A DNA stretch of 64,000 bases, taken from assembly GCF_018350175.1 (NCBI RefSeq), contig NC_058368.1:67520001-67584000 (forward strand), written 5' to 3'. Below, one piece after another: positions 38,249-50,994 of this stretch (the stretch's first letter is position 1; every line of letters begins with the position of its first letter). Under the pieces are notes generated by a model. The model was not told the DNA's origin and did no database searches. It was given only the letters and a program-made list of their open reading frames with translations. This stretch comes from Felis catus. Lineage: Eukaryota. Both the position numbers and the translations under genes were made by a program.

Positions 38249-38501
38249 TGAGCCTGTTGTCGTAATCCCTTCCTCATCAAATATTTTCACTTCATTCCAT
38301 TGTGGATTTTTTCCTATAGTAATATATTCCTGAAGTAAGTGGGAAAAGGAGATTTTCTCTGCAGAAATTAACCTTACAGGCATTATGTTCTATAAAGTAA
38401 AGATAATGGAACTATTTCCATTTTAATCCTGTCAGAAACTGTTAAAATACTGTGTTTCCCTTAGTTTTCTGTCTTACAATTCCCCCCCCCCCCCATCTAT
38501 A

Positions 38502-38718
38502 TTGGTGGTGCTTACATGGGTTATCATGCCCCCCAGGGGAGCTTTGGCAAGGTCTGGACACATTTTTGGGTGTCATGACTGGGGGGTGGTGGGGCACTAC
38601 TGCCATCTAGTGGGTAAAGCCAGAGATGCTGCTAAATGTGCTCCAGGGCCCAGGACAGCCCCCCACAATTATGAATTCTATGGTCTCAAATGTCAATAAT
38701 GCCCAGGCTGACTGAAAC
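38502..38718. mobile_element. MER20 (hAT-Charlie)
   Basis: tttggcaaggtctggacacatttttgggtgtcatgactgggggg...gccagagatgctgctaaa...tcaaatgtcaataatgcc. Confidence 0.8.
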
Positions 38719-38909
38719 AGAGCCGAGATGGTACCATGATATTCATAAATGCTCTCATCCTCACCTTTGATGCCATTAATCATGCTTTTTCCTCTTCATT
38801 AGGCCATTTCCTTGGGGTTTGTCTGCATTCACTTAACTTTTTTCCCCAAGAAGTTGGCCCAAATTAGCATGTTCTCTCATTTTTAAGTGTTTCTGTGGGA
38901 GGGATGGCT

Positions 38910-39800
38910 ATCTGTCCACGAAAATTTATGCCATCTTTTTTCTATGTAGACCTATCACTAAGTAGCAGCTGCCCATCTGGGAATGACATTTCTTAGCTCC
39001 CCTTACATCTAAATGTGGCCCCACAACCAATCCACCAAGGGGCCGCAGCTTTTAGGAGTCAGGAAGCATTCCTCATACTCTTTCTCCTCTCCAGATCAAC
39101 ACTACCCAACAGAAATATGATGGAATTTTAAATTTTCTAGTAGCCACATATAAAAGTATAAATGGAACAGGTGAAATAAACATACAAATATATCAAAAAC
39201 ACCATCAGTCAATATGTAATAAATATAAATATTATTTATATTTTTATATTCTTTTTATTGTGCTGAGTCTTCAAAATCTAGTGTGTATTTTATACTTTAC
39301 AGCACATCTCAATTCAGATCAGCAATATTTAAAAAAAATTTTTTTCTTTCTAACGTTTATTTATTTTTGAGACAGAGAGAGACAGAGCATGAATGGGGGG
39401 AGGGTCAGAGAGAGAGGGAGACACAGAATCCGAAACAGGCTGCAGGCTCCGAGCTGTCAGCACAGAGCCCGACGCGGGGCTTGAATTCATGAACCACGAG
39501 ATCATGACCTGAGCCGAAGTCGGACACTTAACCGACTGAGCCACCCAGGCGCCCCAGATCAGCAATATTTTTAAGTGCTCAATGGCCACATGTGGCAAGT
39601 GGCTGCCATACTGGAAGATCAGCTTCTGATGGCTACAGATGATGACAGCACCTCAGAGGATGAAGGAGCCACAAGATGGATGGAGGCTGGTCCCGTGATG
39701 GACAGGGAAGCTACTCACTGACAACACCCACTTAGATCTGGACTTAGGTGAGTGTGACACCACTGAAATCTGGGGTTTGTTATAATTAGCTCATGTTAAC
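38910..39800. mobile_element. Nested stack: MLT1 LTR interrupted by a MER33/MER3-like hAT element (~39098-39615), itself interrupted by a Can-SINE (~39339-39555, -)
   Basis: MLT1 halves flank the hAT element; SINE TSD cagatcagcaatattt. Confidence 0.7.
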
Positions 39801-40479
39801 CTAAGTGTTGGAGATCCCAAGGAGACCTTATGTCACTAATGTATGAGTCACAACCTTATAGGTCACAGTACAACCTTAACATCTTATGAGTTATGTTCAG
39901 TAAGGTTCTTGGTCTCTCTTTAGAAAATTCCCTTGCTTTCTTAACAATGCCACCTCGATTCTGCTACTTTCTATCACCTTTGACTGCAATCTGACAAGTT
40001 GGTGTGCTACCACTTTCCTATACATTTCTACACGTACCTAGAAAAATGTCCCTAGATTTTATTGTCCTGTCTTATGTTCAAAACTGCATGAATGCTAATA
40101 TTTGGATAGTTTATTTTTTAACGGAAGATCTTATAAATAATTATTTTAAACTCAAATTAGCACATAAAAACAACATGGTCAGAAAAAGAATGACGATACA
40201 ACTATTAAAGACACTATAGTACTGGAATGTAAGTTCAAGATAGCTAGACAATACATTAGCTTGAAATATTTCATGTCTAGGAGAAAGAGAGCATAAACTG
40301 CTTAAAACTAAAAGTTAAAAATTTTTCTCAAAAGGAAGGAAAAAAACCCAGACATGTATAGGATAATTCAAGTAGACACATTTGGGAAAAATATTGGCAG
40401 GAGAACCAAACTGATTGTGTATTAAGATGATAGTTAATCCAGGAACATTTCAGCAGCTCATGGTCTTTCTCTCAGATGC

Positions 40480-41050
40480 CGCTGTGCATTAACGAGGAAC
40501 CCAGCAAGCCTGAGATCGCTATCCTCGGGAAGGCCTGCTTGCAAGGAGGGGCCTCGGCTGGCATCTGGGAACTTGGGTTTCAGGAGTGTTCCCACCATTC
40601 CTGATAAGAATGGCTCACCATGCCTAACCTGTGCCAACCACATAGTTTATGCCAAACACGTGCTTTCCTTCTGGATGTTGCGAATTATAAGCTTTTAAAG
40701 TGTCAAGTGCCTGGTATGTGACAGGCAGGGGCGTGCTTATGGGACCAGCCCTCAATAAGAATCCTGGGTACTGGGTTCCTAATCAGCTTCCCTGGTAGAC
40801 AACACTTCACATGTGCTGTGAAATTCCTTATAGCTTCAGGGATTAAGCTTGCCCTGTGAGGTTGCATGGGGAGAGGGCTCTTGGAAGCTGGCATCTGGTT
40901 TTCTCTGGACTTTGCCCCATACATCCTTTCCCTTTTGCCCTGAACCCACTGGAATAAAGCACAGCCATGAGTATGATGATATTCTGAGTCCTGTGAGTCC
41001 TCTTGTGATTCAGCAAACTTGGGGGTGACCTTGGGGGCCCCCGGAGACAG
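40480..41050 (+). mobile_element. MER21-family ERVL LTR
   Basis: ctggcatctgggaacttgg...gataagaatggctcacc...tgagtcctgtgagtcctct...gggggtgaccttggggg. Confidence 0.8.
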
Positions 41051-41200
41051 CCCTGTACTTGGCCAACCTAAGTAAATAGAGCAAATAGACTAAGCAGCAG
41101 TGTGCCACATGTGTGCCATTCCATTTGTAAAAGAGAAGATACTTCTATTCGAGCATTTTCACATCTGCTTAAACACAAATGACAACACACACGCACTCAC

Positions 41201-41317
41201 CAGATCGATTGTTTTGGCTCTCTGTTTGGATTCATCGTCACACCAGGTTTCACACCACAGCCAGTCTTGAGGAAGAGACTTAATGGCCACTTGGTAAATC
41301 ATATTATTGGGAAGATC
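41201..41317 (-). CDS. UGGT2: UGGT2 exon 37
   Basis: tag|GAT CTT ... GAT CTG|gtgagt; 117 nt; [39 protein letters not shown]. Confidence 0.97.
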
Positions 41318-41451
41318 CTATAGAAGAAAAAAATGATTTAAACACAGAGGTATAGAAATTAGAGTCAGAGGGAATGAGGTCGATGAGGTCAATTAAATTA
41401 AAAACGGGTCCGAAGAATCATATGCAGATCTAAAATATCTATTTGAAAAAA

Positions 41452-41673
41452 ATTTTAACGTTTATTTATTTTTGAGAGAGAGAGTGTGCGCGCGCATGAG
41501 GGGGCGGGGCAGAGAGAGAGGGAGAGAGGGAGAGAGGGAGACACAGAGTCTGAAGCAGGCTCCAGGCTCTGAGCTGTCAGCACAGAGCCCGACATGGGGC
41601 TCGAACCCACACCATGAGATCATGACTGGAGCCAAAGTCAGATGCTGAACCAACCGAGCCACCCAGGTGCCCC
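41452..41673 (-). mobile_element. Can-SINE
   Basis: SINEC body; TSD ctaaaatatctattt. Confidence 0.9.
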
Positions 41674-42064
41674 TAAAATATCTATTTTTAAGCTAGTAAA
41701 CATTTAATCTGACTCAACCATCTTGTGTCATGATGAATCCATGCCCCAGAACTATGCCCACAGCTGCCCTGGACTTCACCCCTCGTGTCAGGAATGGAGC
41801 GGGAAGCCCAGAAACCCACCGCTCTTCACTGCCCCAAGCGGATAGCCTCAATGCCTCTGCCTGACCTGAAACAAGGCGACCGATCACCCACACCGTGCCT
41901 GCTCTTGCTGTTTATGGCTGCCATCGCTGTGCTCTCCAGATTTGGAGGTGACCTTTCGTGTCCCTGTTAGGAAACAATGCTCCAGGAGAATTCTCACATT
42001 TCTGCATGCTCGGGGCTTTCTAAGTAAAGACTGCTGGCGCCTGCGTTAAAGGAAGTTTAAATGG

Positions 42065-42296
42065 CAAATGAGCCTCACAGGTGACAAAGCCCTGAATCAT
42101 GCCCACAATCATGTGAGTGACCGACCCAGTCAAGTCTTCAGATTAGATGGCAACCCCTGGGTCCACAAAGACTTCAGCGTTGTGAGAGACTGCAGCAGAA
42201 TGCCCAGCAATGTCAGACCCAGATTCCTGACCCACAGTTACTGTAAGTGGCTAGCTTTTCAGGTAAGTCATTAGGTAGCAACAGATAATGAATACA
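42065..42296 (+). mobile_element. MLT1 (D/E/F-like) LTR 3' fragment
   Basis: cccagattcctgacccacag...tagcaacagataatgaataca. Confidence 0.7.
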
Positions 42297-42563
42297 AGAT
42301 TGTTGTGGGATTTGGATTTGACAAACCAAGCTGCTACTATTCATGCACAAGTATTTGTGTAGACATGTGCTTTCATTTCCCTTCAAAGAGAATAACTGGT
42401 CATATGGTAGGTTTAAGTTTAAATTTTAAGAAAATCCCAAACTGTTTTCCAAAATGGAAAGGGAGGGAGAGGCTGAAAATATAAGGTTTTAAAGTTTACA
42501 AGCAGGGAATTGGAGCCGTCTGGATCTATGCACTGCAAATGAGTCTAAGAACGTTCTACTTAC

Positions 42564-42678
42564 CTGATCTAGGTTTGACAGACTGTTTGGATCTTGACTG
42601 AGAGCTTGGTACTGGCCCCGGAGCCTGTCACCGGCTGCAATTCTCCTGAACTGCTTGAGATCCACTACATACAAGGCA
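42564..42678 (-). CDS. UGGT2: UGGT2 exon 36
   Basis: gcag|T GCC ... GAT CAG|gtaagt; 115 nt; (S)[38 protein letters not shown] (visible in ORF 42489..42872). Confidence 0.97.
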
Positions 42679-43183
42679 CTGCAAAGGTGAACAGTCTTTG
42701 GTGGCTCATGTTGTTCACGTATTTTTACTTTCCCCCAGTGACTATTTACAGTAATGGGATTGACTTCAGATATCCCTGGGTCTAATAACAACAAGTCCTT
42801 TCCTAAATTTTCTCCCAATTCTAAAACTGTTTCCAAGGGTTTGAGGTTTGTTATAATACTGTTAGGATCCATATCCTCTTAGAGTCACCACAGGTTTTTC
42901 CAAGATACCATGGAACTCATGGCTCTACAAAACAACATATTTGAAGACAGCATGTTCATTTTGTTATATGACAAGCCAGTTTAAGTCTTCTGTTGTGGTC
43001 AGGAGCCTCTCCCCTGAGTTCCATTACTTGGTTTAACTCCTGGCTCAGTTACGCACTAACAGTGTAAGCCTGGGCAAGTTACATGAGTGCTTCATCCCTC
43101 TGAAACATCTATTACATGGGGATGATAACAGTATCTCAAAAGGTTGTCACAGAAATTTTATGAGTTGATACAGGTAAAGTCTT

Positions 43184-43668
43184 GGGGTGCCTGGGTGGCT
43201 CAGTTGGTTAAGTGTCTGACTTTTTTTTTTTTTAAATTTTTTTTTCAACGTTTATTTATTTTTGGGACAGAGAGAGACAGAGCATGAGCAGGGGAGGGGC
43301 AGAGAGAGAGGGAGACACAGAATCGGAAACTGGCTCCAGGCTCTGAGACATCAGCCCAGAGCCCGATGTGGGGCTCGAACTCACGGACCGCGAGATCGTG
43401 ACCTGGCTGAAGTCGGACGCTTAACCGACTGCGCCACCCAGGCGCCCCAAGTGTCTGACTCTTGATATCAACTCCGGTCACGATCTCACAGTTCGTGGGA
43501 TTGAGCCCCGCGCTGGGCTCTGCACTGACGGCACAGAGCTTGCTTAGGATTCTCTATCTCCCTCTTCCACTTGCCCCTCCCCTGCTTGTGCTGTTCCTCT
43601 CTCCCAAAATAAGCAAACAAACAAATAAATAAATACTAAAAAGAGATGAATCTATGTTTAAAAAATAT
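43184..43668. mobile_element. Can-SINE (+) with a young SINEC_Fc (-, 43222-43448) inserted in it
   Basis: Outer TSD ataca(g/t)gtaaagtcttg (43168-43184 / 43669-43685); inner TSD aagtgtctgact (43210-43221 / 43449-43460). Confidence 0.92.
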
Positions 43669-43810
43669 ATACATGTAAAGTCTTGTAAGAGTGATTAGCA
43701 CATAGCAAACACCAATTGGTTGTCCTAACTGTCTGATTTCTAAGAAAACAGAGTATTGAGATCCAGTAAGTTATTTGGTTACTAAAAAGTAAGAGTATGG
43801 ATTTTCTTAC

Positions 43811-43971
43811 CTGATATGGTATTTCCTTCTTAAAAGATGTGATGCCCAGTATCCCTTTTTCCAGAAACGATACCCATCCATTTCAGTGCGGCTATCACAA
43901 AATGGGGTGTACCCGTAGGGCGCTCCATCCAGATCAAAATCTCGGAGTTCTTTTAGGTCATGTCTTACAAT
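43811..43971 (-). CDS. UGGT2: UGGT2 exon 35
   Basis: tag|ATT GTA ... ATC AG|gtaag; 161 nt; [53 protein letters not shown]. Confidence 0.97.
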
Positions 43972-44121
43972 CTAAATAATTAAAACAGTTTCTCTGATGA
44001 AGCCTATACAATCATAGAACATTATGCTATTATAATAAGCCTTTTTAACGTGAATCTCAAATTGTCACCTGACTGTAGAAACAGAACTGTGTTTTCCTCA
44101 CAGCTCTTTCTTTTTTAAAAA

Positions 44122-44325
44122 TTGCTTTTCAATGTTCATTATTTTGAGAGACAGACAGAGTGTGAGAGGGGAGAGGCAGAGAACAAGGGAGACACAGAAT
44201 CTGAAGCAGGCTCCAGGCCTGAGCTGTCAGCACCCAGTCCCAACACAGGGCTCGAACTCACGAACCATGAGATCGTGACCCAAGCTGAAGTTGGACGCTT
44301 AACTGACTGAGCCACCCAGGCTCCC
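44122..44325 (-). mobile_element. Can-SINE
   Basis: SINEC body; TSD ctcacagctctttc. Confidence 0.88.
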
Positions 44326-45619
44326 TGCTCACAGCTCTTTCAAGCAGTATGGAGTTTATGAAGTTCCCTTTTCTCTTGTTCGTACAGATGAAGAGAAACC
44401 TAAAATGCATATGCCTAGTCTACAGGACAGTGGTCTTATTAATAAGAATAGTCTGTCATGTCATCTTAATCAAGATTTCTTAAACAATATGCATTTTGGC
44501 AAGAAATTAAATATTTCACAAGTTCATCGCTCTTAGTTTATCAAGGTATGGATTAACAATTCAAAATCATTTTTATGATAAATCTCCAGTATTTTATATT
44601 GGCCAATATTAGTCTGAATGATGAAGAAAAACCTCTTAATTATCCTCAATGGCTTTAATGAAATAACATTAGTGTGTTCCAGTTTTTAATAGACTCTAGC
44701 CTGCTGGAAAATGCCACTGTGTAAGCAGGGGGAAGGTAGGAGAAATATGTTTTATGTTAGACAATATGTTTTGAAATGCTTAGCTCATTATCCACACTTT
44801 CCTGTTTGCTTCATTTTTAAGGATAATGATTCATATTTGTCAACTTGGAAACTAACACAAAAACAACAACAGAGTTAACAATACAAGTAAACTCTAATAG
44901 AGGATTTGAAAATACACTTTTGTCCTAAATATAAATACTAACTTGTGTACTTAATTTATATAACATTATTATTTACTGTTCTTCTTAAAGATTCTGTGTA
45001 TTTTGCAAATATTTTTCCCATTAGTGATTACAAAGGCATGCAATGCAAGGAGGGAAGGGGAAAAGTCCTAATTTTTGGATATGTAAGTTTTGAAAGCTAG
45101 GTACCAGAATGGGTTTTTGGGGGATACATTTGGGACATTTTTCCCCCTTAAGTGTAAGGATGATGAGGTTTTGGCTATGGGCTAAAGGCCCAAGAATGCT
45201 TGTGGGAGGTACAAGCAAGAGAGGAGAGCTGTCTGTAATCGCCAACTTTTTCAGCAAGAAGCATAGCTCCTTTTAAGCCAACAGCTCATACATTCATAGG
45301 AACTCACGCAACTACTTTTATCATGACTAATTTCAGTACTCATTTTTAATTACCAAAATCAAAAAACTACCACTTCAGAGAGAAAACTGCAATGTCCAAA
45401 TAATAAGTGGTACTTCTGGTGATACGCTTGATTTTCCCCTGGAATTCTGACCGTTTTTTTTTAAAGACACTTTCCTTACATATCACATTCACGTCTTCCA
45501 CATTTATGCAGCAGGGCACCAAAGACAATAATGAGCACCAGCAACATGAATTGAGTCCCTGTACTCAGAAGCGCAAACATAGTTTAAGTATTACTGAAAG
45601 CAACAGTTAATCTTATTAC

Positions 45620-45802
45620 CTGGTCAGCATCAACAAAAATGATTTTGTCCACCGCTAGGGGAAAAAGGACATCGAGGAAAAGAATTTTGTAACCCCAAAT
45701 AATCCTCTGTTTTTCCGTCTGCTGGTGAAGCCAGCGGGGCCACTGATACTGCACTAGCTCGTACTGGAACCCATATTCCTCAGCCATGTGAGGAATCACC
45801 TC
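45620..45802 (-). CDS. UGGT2: UGGT2 exon 34: GT24 catalytic DxD (DAD) motif
   Basis: tag|GAG GTG ... GAC CAG|gtaat; 183 nt; [61 protein letters not shown]. Confidence 0.98.
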
Positions 45803-47030
45803 CTAAAAATGTGCACACACACACACGAATCAAAGAATATGTTCATATGTTTAGAGAACAATTTAACATTTGAAAGAGTTTACCATAAATTATTACAAAC
45901 TAATTGGTAAAAAAGTGTAAACTATTTCTACAACTTATACCTGTTAATGAGGAATAGGAAAATGCTGACAAATATCAAAATATAAGTACACATAAAACTG
46001 TATGATCTAATGACATTAAAAAATAGGTATACCATATTAACTAGCAAGCTTATCAACTAAGATCAATGTTCCCCTAGTTTTTATCGCTACTGTTTGACTT
46101 GAGAAAGCCTAACTACAAAGGAAAAGCATTTGGATCTTGGAACATCTACACAGCAAACAGTTTATGTTTATGTCAACATACTGGCTGGTCAGACAGCTAC
46201 AGCATGAAGAGGGGTGCAAAAAAACCACAAAATGAGTTGTAAATTGATGAATTAGGTTCTCCACATGAGTTTCACGTCTGAGATTTATGACTACCTAATT
46301 CAAGGATTAAAAACACAGGGTAGTCATTGTGGGTGTGAATGTCTGATATTTGATTCAGGGTCTTAGAGACTTAAAGTATCTTATTCTGTTTAAACCAGAG
46401 CAGTTAATGAAATACACTGTTGGTTAAGTTTGGTTCAAGAGCCCCACGTGAGAGGGAGAATGGTAAAGGGGTGGGGAGAGACGGGTTAGCACACAGAGAA
46501 TTTGCTTTTTCCTGCTCAGTTCTCATTTGTAGCTAGCTGCTGGTTATATACTTAAATTTTCTCCTTGCTTTTGTAAGAACAACGTAGATTTAAATTATGT
46601 TCCTTAGCATAAGCATTGGTTTTTATTTATGAATTATAATGCTGTAATTATGGCTAGACCAGTTGTTGAGAATAACTGTTTTGATTTCAAAATTTAAAAA
46701 TATGTATTAGGAAAAATGAGAAAAACTTTCTAATTCAGCAAATATGTATTACAATTTTCACTGAGGGCTGCCTGGGTGGCTCAGTCAGTTAAATGTTGGA
46801 CTCTTGATCTCAGGATCATGAGCTCCAGCCCTGCACCGGGCTCCACCCTTACTGAGCATGCCCTACGTGCCAGGCATTATTTTAGGTCCTAGGGATACAG
46901 ATGTGAACAAAACAGATACAAATTGTGGCCCTCATGATGCTTACATTTTAGAGGTGGTGAGTGGATTAAATGAAATCAGTAAGTTATCTATAGAAGACAG
47001 CGCTAGGAAAAAATAAAAAAGGAAGGGAAC

Positions 47031-47285
47031 GGGGCGCCTGGGTGGCGCAGTCTGTTAAGCGGCCGACTTCAGCCAGGTCACGATCTCGCGGTCCGGGAGT
47101 TCGAGCCCCGCGTCAGGCTCTGGGCTGATGGCTCAGAGCCTGGAGCCAGTTTCCGATTCTGTGTCTCCCTCTCTCTCTGCCCTTCCCCCGTTCATGCTCT
47201 GTCTCTCTCTGTCCCAAAAAATAAAATAAACGTTGAAAAAAATTAAAAAAAAAAAAGAAGGTACTTTAAAAAAAAATAAATAAAA
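47031..47285 (+). mobile_element. Young SINEC_Fc
   Basis: CpG-intact body; long TSD aaaaaataaaaaaggaagggaa; sits inside an L2 fragment (~46850-47340). Confidence 0.93.
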
Positions 47286-48009
47286 AAAATAAAAAAGGAA
47301 GGGAAGCAGAGTGAAAAATCAGAAGGGACTGTAACTTCAGACTGTGTGGTCAGGAAAGGATTATTCCCTACGCAGGCAGAATTCATTAAATGTTTGAAGG
47401 AAGAGAGGAGGTACATTTTGAAAATTGGAAGGAAAGGATCTAGGGTACTAGTAATTTCTATTTCTATATCTAATTGCTGGTTACACAGGTGTTTTATCTT
47501 TGTAAAAATTCATCAAAGCTGCACACTTACGATTTGTACACATTGTACATGAAAAGCTTCAAAAAGAAACATTTTAAGGGAAAGGAACAAAATTCCAAAA
47601 AGAAGGAAAATATTATTTCAGATATGGTATTACTTTTGGTCATGTGGGAGAACAGGACCTTTATGCAGACACAGCACTATATTTCTACTGAATGGTATAT
47701 TTCCTGCTGAGAGAATCTTACGATTGTATTATCTCAGTTTATGTAAAATTAACCAATCCCCTTATGCAGTATTTGCCTAGTAGGATAACATCAAAAACTT
47801 GCTGACAAACTAGTAGGACTTGTTGTTTATATGACTGGGTTCTTTTTCGGTTTTATCTACTGCTAAATGCACACAGGAGGCGGCACTCTTGGTGGTTGCG
47901 GAAGATGCTGTTACGTGAGGGTTAAGCACCAGGCTGTGAGGGCAGCACGCCTGGGATCAGATCTCAGCTATCTGCTGAATTAGCTGTTTGATCTCAGGAC
48001 TCTGCTTTA

Positions 48010-48510
48010 AAGGACAGAGCTTGCTCAGAGAAAGGTTAGACCCTTTGTCCCAGGCTCCCGGTAGGTAACCTCTATGCCTTCTACTGTCCTGCCTCAGTCA
48101 ACACCAAATAGTCTACGCCAACAATGCAACTTACCGCTGGGACCGTGAGCCACAACGTATCAGCTGAACCTCTCGAGGAGCTGGAGGCAAAGGTAACACT
48201 GTGGCAGTCAAGTGGGTCTATGTGGCCAACCCTCAGTAAGAACTGTGGACACCACAGTCTGAGTGAGCTTCCCTGGTTGGCAATACTCCATGTGTATTGT
48301 CACGTTTTTGCTGGGAGAAATAAGCGCTGCTGCCAAACCCCCTGGGAGAGGACAACTGGAAGCTCTGGGTCTGGTCTGCCCTACGCGTCTCTTTGCGTTG
48401 CTCGTTCTAACCTGTACTGCTTTGCTGTAAACTGTAACTGTGAGCATAATGGTGTTTCTTTCTTTCTTTTTTTTTTAAGTTTATTTTTGAGAGAGAGCAA
48501 GTTGGGGAGG

Positions 48511-48551
<41 letters not shown>

Positions 48552-49000
48552 AGGGAGGGAGGGAGGGAGACACAGAATCAGAAGCAGGCTCCAGGCTCTC
48601 AGCTGTCAGCACAGAGCCCAACGTGGGGCTCGAACCCATGAACCATGAGATCATGACCCGAACCGAAGTTGGATGTTCAACTGACTGAGCCACCCAGGTG
48701 TCCCTCTTTTCTTTCTTTTTTTAAATTTATTCATCTATCCCGAGAGACAGAGAGTGCGCAAAAGTGGGGGAAGGGCAGAGACAGAAGGAGAGAGAGAGAA
48801 TCCTAAGCAGGCTCCACACTGTCAGTGCAGAGCCTGACACGGGGCTCGAACCCACGAACCATGAGATCATGACCTGAGCTGAAGCTGGCAGCTTAACCGA
48901 CCAAGCGGGCCAGGCACCCCGATAATGGTGTTCCTTATTTCTGTGAGTCCTTCTAGTTAATCACTGAACTTAAGGTGAACTTGGATACCTCCCCATTGTG
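48010..49000 (+). mobile_element. MER21C-like LTR interrupted by two Can-SINEs (~48460-48704 and ~48715-48920, both -)
   Basis: gagcttccctggttggcaatactccatgtgtattgtcac; ctgtgagtccttctag; ataatggtgtt flanks the SINE block on both sides. Confidence 0.75.
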
Positions 49001-49818
49001 CAGGCTGGTTATGTAATTTCTGATTCTTGGTTTTCCGTGAATAGAACTTTATGAAGAACAAATAATGTAGGTAAATCACTCAGCAATGTGCCTGGCAATA
49101 TTAAGGAATAACAACATGGCTGGCTATTTTTATTTCTGCTTTTACCGCTGGTTTTGGTTTAGAAAAAGAGAACTCCTTTGAACTGCTACTGAATGAGACC
49201 CTAACTTGCATGAAATCTGATTAGTCCGCAGTGAGAATAGGGAGAAACAGGGTATACTTTGTAGCAAGAGTGTGAGGCTGAGTACAGGGGAGCAGCTGTT
49301 GCCCCCCTGAAAACTTCTCAGGATAAAATGCCTCACACTTCTGAATATAGTCCCCAAACCACTACCACAGCAGTCACCGCGCCTCAGAAAGATCAAAGAG
49401 CCTTATTATTCCTGGGACTATCGAACTACTTCCTATGGTAGGGTTTTCATGTTCTCTGGATACTACTGTTCTAGTCTATCTTTGTAAAATTATGACAGAA
49501 TCTAATTCTTTTTATTGACAATCTGTACATATCTTTCACTGCCAAGTTTAATTATATTATCATGAAAAACCACTGATCCTTCTGATTTTGAGTTTACTTA
49601 AAAATAAACCATCTCCTTCTGTCCTCCTAAACACTTCTCTAAATAAAATCAGCATAACATTTTTCTTAAGCCAGATAAAACAATGAATACCAAAACTTTA
49701 AAATTAGAAACAGTAATTTCAAAAGGCTCATTCTGAAAATGTTGTGAACTTACAATGACATAAAGAATTTACTTTTAAACATTGAACCACTCTATAATAA
49801 AAAGGTTAATGTACTTAC

Positions 49819-49903
49819 TTTAAATGTTGGTGAGAGATAATTTTTTAGAAACCAGAATTTCACAGGTGTTTTGGTGTTACGTAAAACAGAAAGCATCATA
49901 ATT
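49819..49903 (-). CDS. UGGT2: UGGT2 exon 33
   Basis: cag|A ATT ATG ... TTT AAA|gtaagt; 85 nt; (R)[28 protein letters not shown]. Confidence 0.96.
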
Positions 49904-50100
49904 CTGTATAGAGGAACATTTAACCCAGTAAGTTAATATTAATAGGAGTTCATCCTGCTTTTCCTAAGGCTTTTTAATTATTATATATATATGCAATAAT
50001 TATTTAAAGGCATTAATTTTTCACTATGAATTATGGGGAAATAGACTGAAGCACCTTCACAAATTATGGTTACTTATCAAGTATGTAATGTGTAAGGAGG

Positions 50101-50146
50101 TGTATATATATATATATACATATATGTATATATATATATATATATA

Positions 50147-50189
<43 letters not shown>

Positions 50190-50210
50190 ACACACATGCA
50201 CACACACTAT
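50101..50210. repeat. (TA)n/(CA)n compound microsatellite
   Basis: Read directly from the sequence. Confidence 0.95.
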
Positions 50211-50994
50211 ACAGAATAAATTGATTGTTTTTTTTGTTCCACTTGACTCTGAAATACTCTTGTTTAGTTGATTACATTCTAATCTCCACTCTATTACTTT
50301 GTCATTAACATCAAGTATACAGAAATGGAAGAACTGAATGATCTATACTAGTAAATTCATGGGATAGGTCCCTTGTTTTGCTACGCTAGACCTCTGACTG
50401 GAAAAGAGACAGATGTATCTAAAATACCACATATAGACATATACTTGAATATCACATCTTCAAATATTTTTGAGGAATTCTCTGATATCCTTCTATATGA
50501 AAAGTTAAAAACAACAGCCCTAAGGTTTGGAATTTAGTTCTCTTCTTATTCCCCCTCCTCCTTCTTATAAAATAAAAGGGAAATTTACTATATATATTTT
50601 TTCTCACATATTATTTTGTCATAAAATATGTTCATTTCCTAGCCTTAAAGAACACTGATATTCCAAATCAATTAAACTCATGAAATTCGACTACATTTTA
50701 AAGATATACTTCTCTCATAATCTTAGGTTAAAAAAAAGAAAAAAGCAAGGTGCAGAACAACATATACTTTGTTACTACTTAAGTAAAAACAAATTAAAAA
50801 ATGAAGAAGATATATATGCTTATCTACATACATCCTTGGCAAGTTACAAAAATAATATTGGTTTCCTGTTGGAAGGAAACTGGGTAATAAGGAAACAGGT
50901 GGGATTCTTTTCACTGTACATTCTTTTATTCTTCTGAACTCTTGAAATTCTTTTTGAACCACTTTTCAAAGCATTTGATAAAAAACATACCTAC

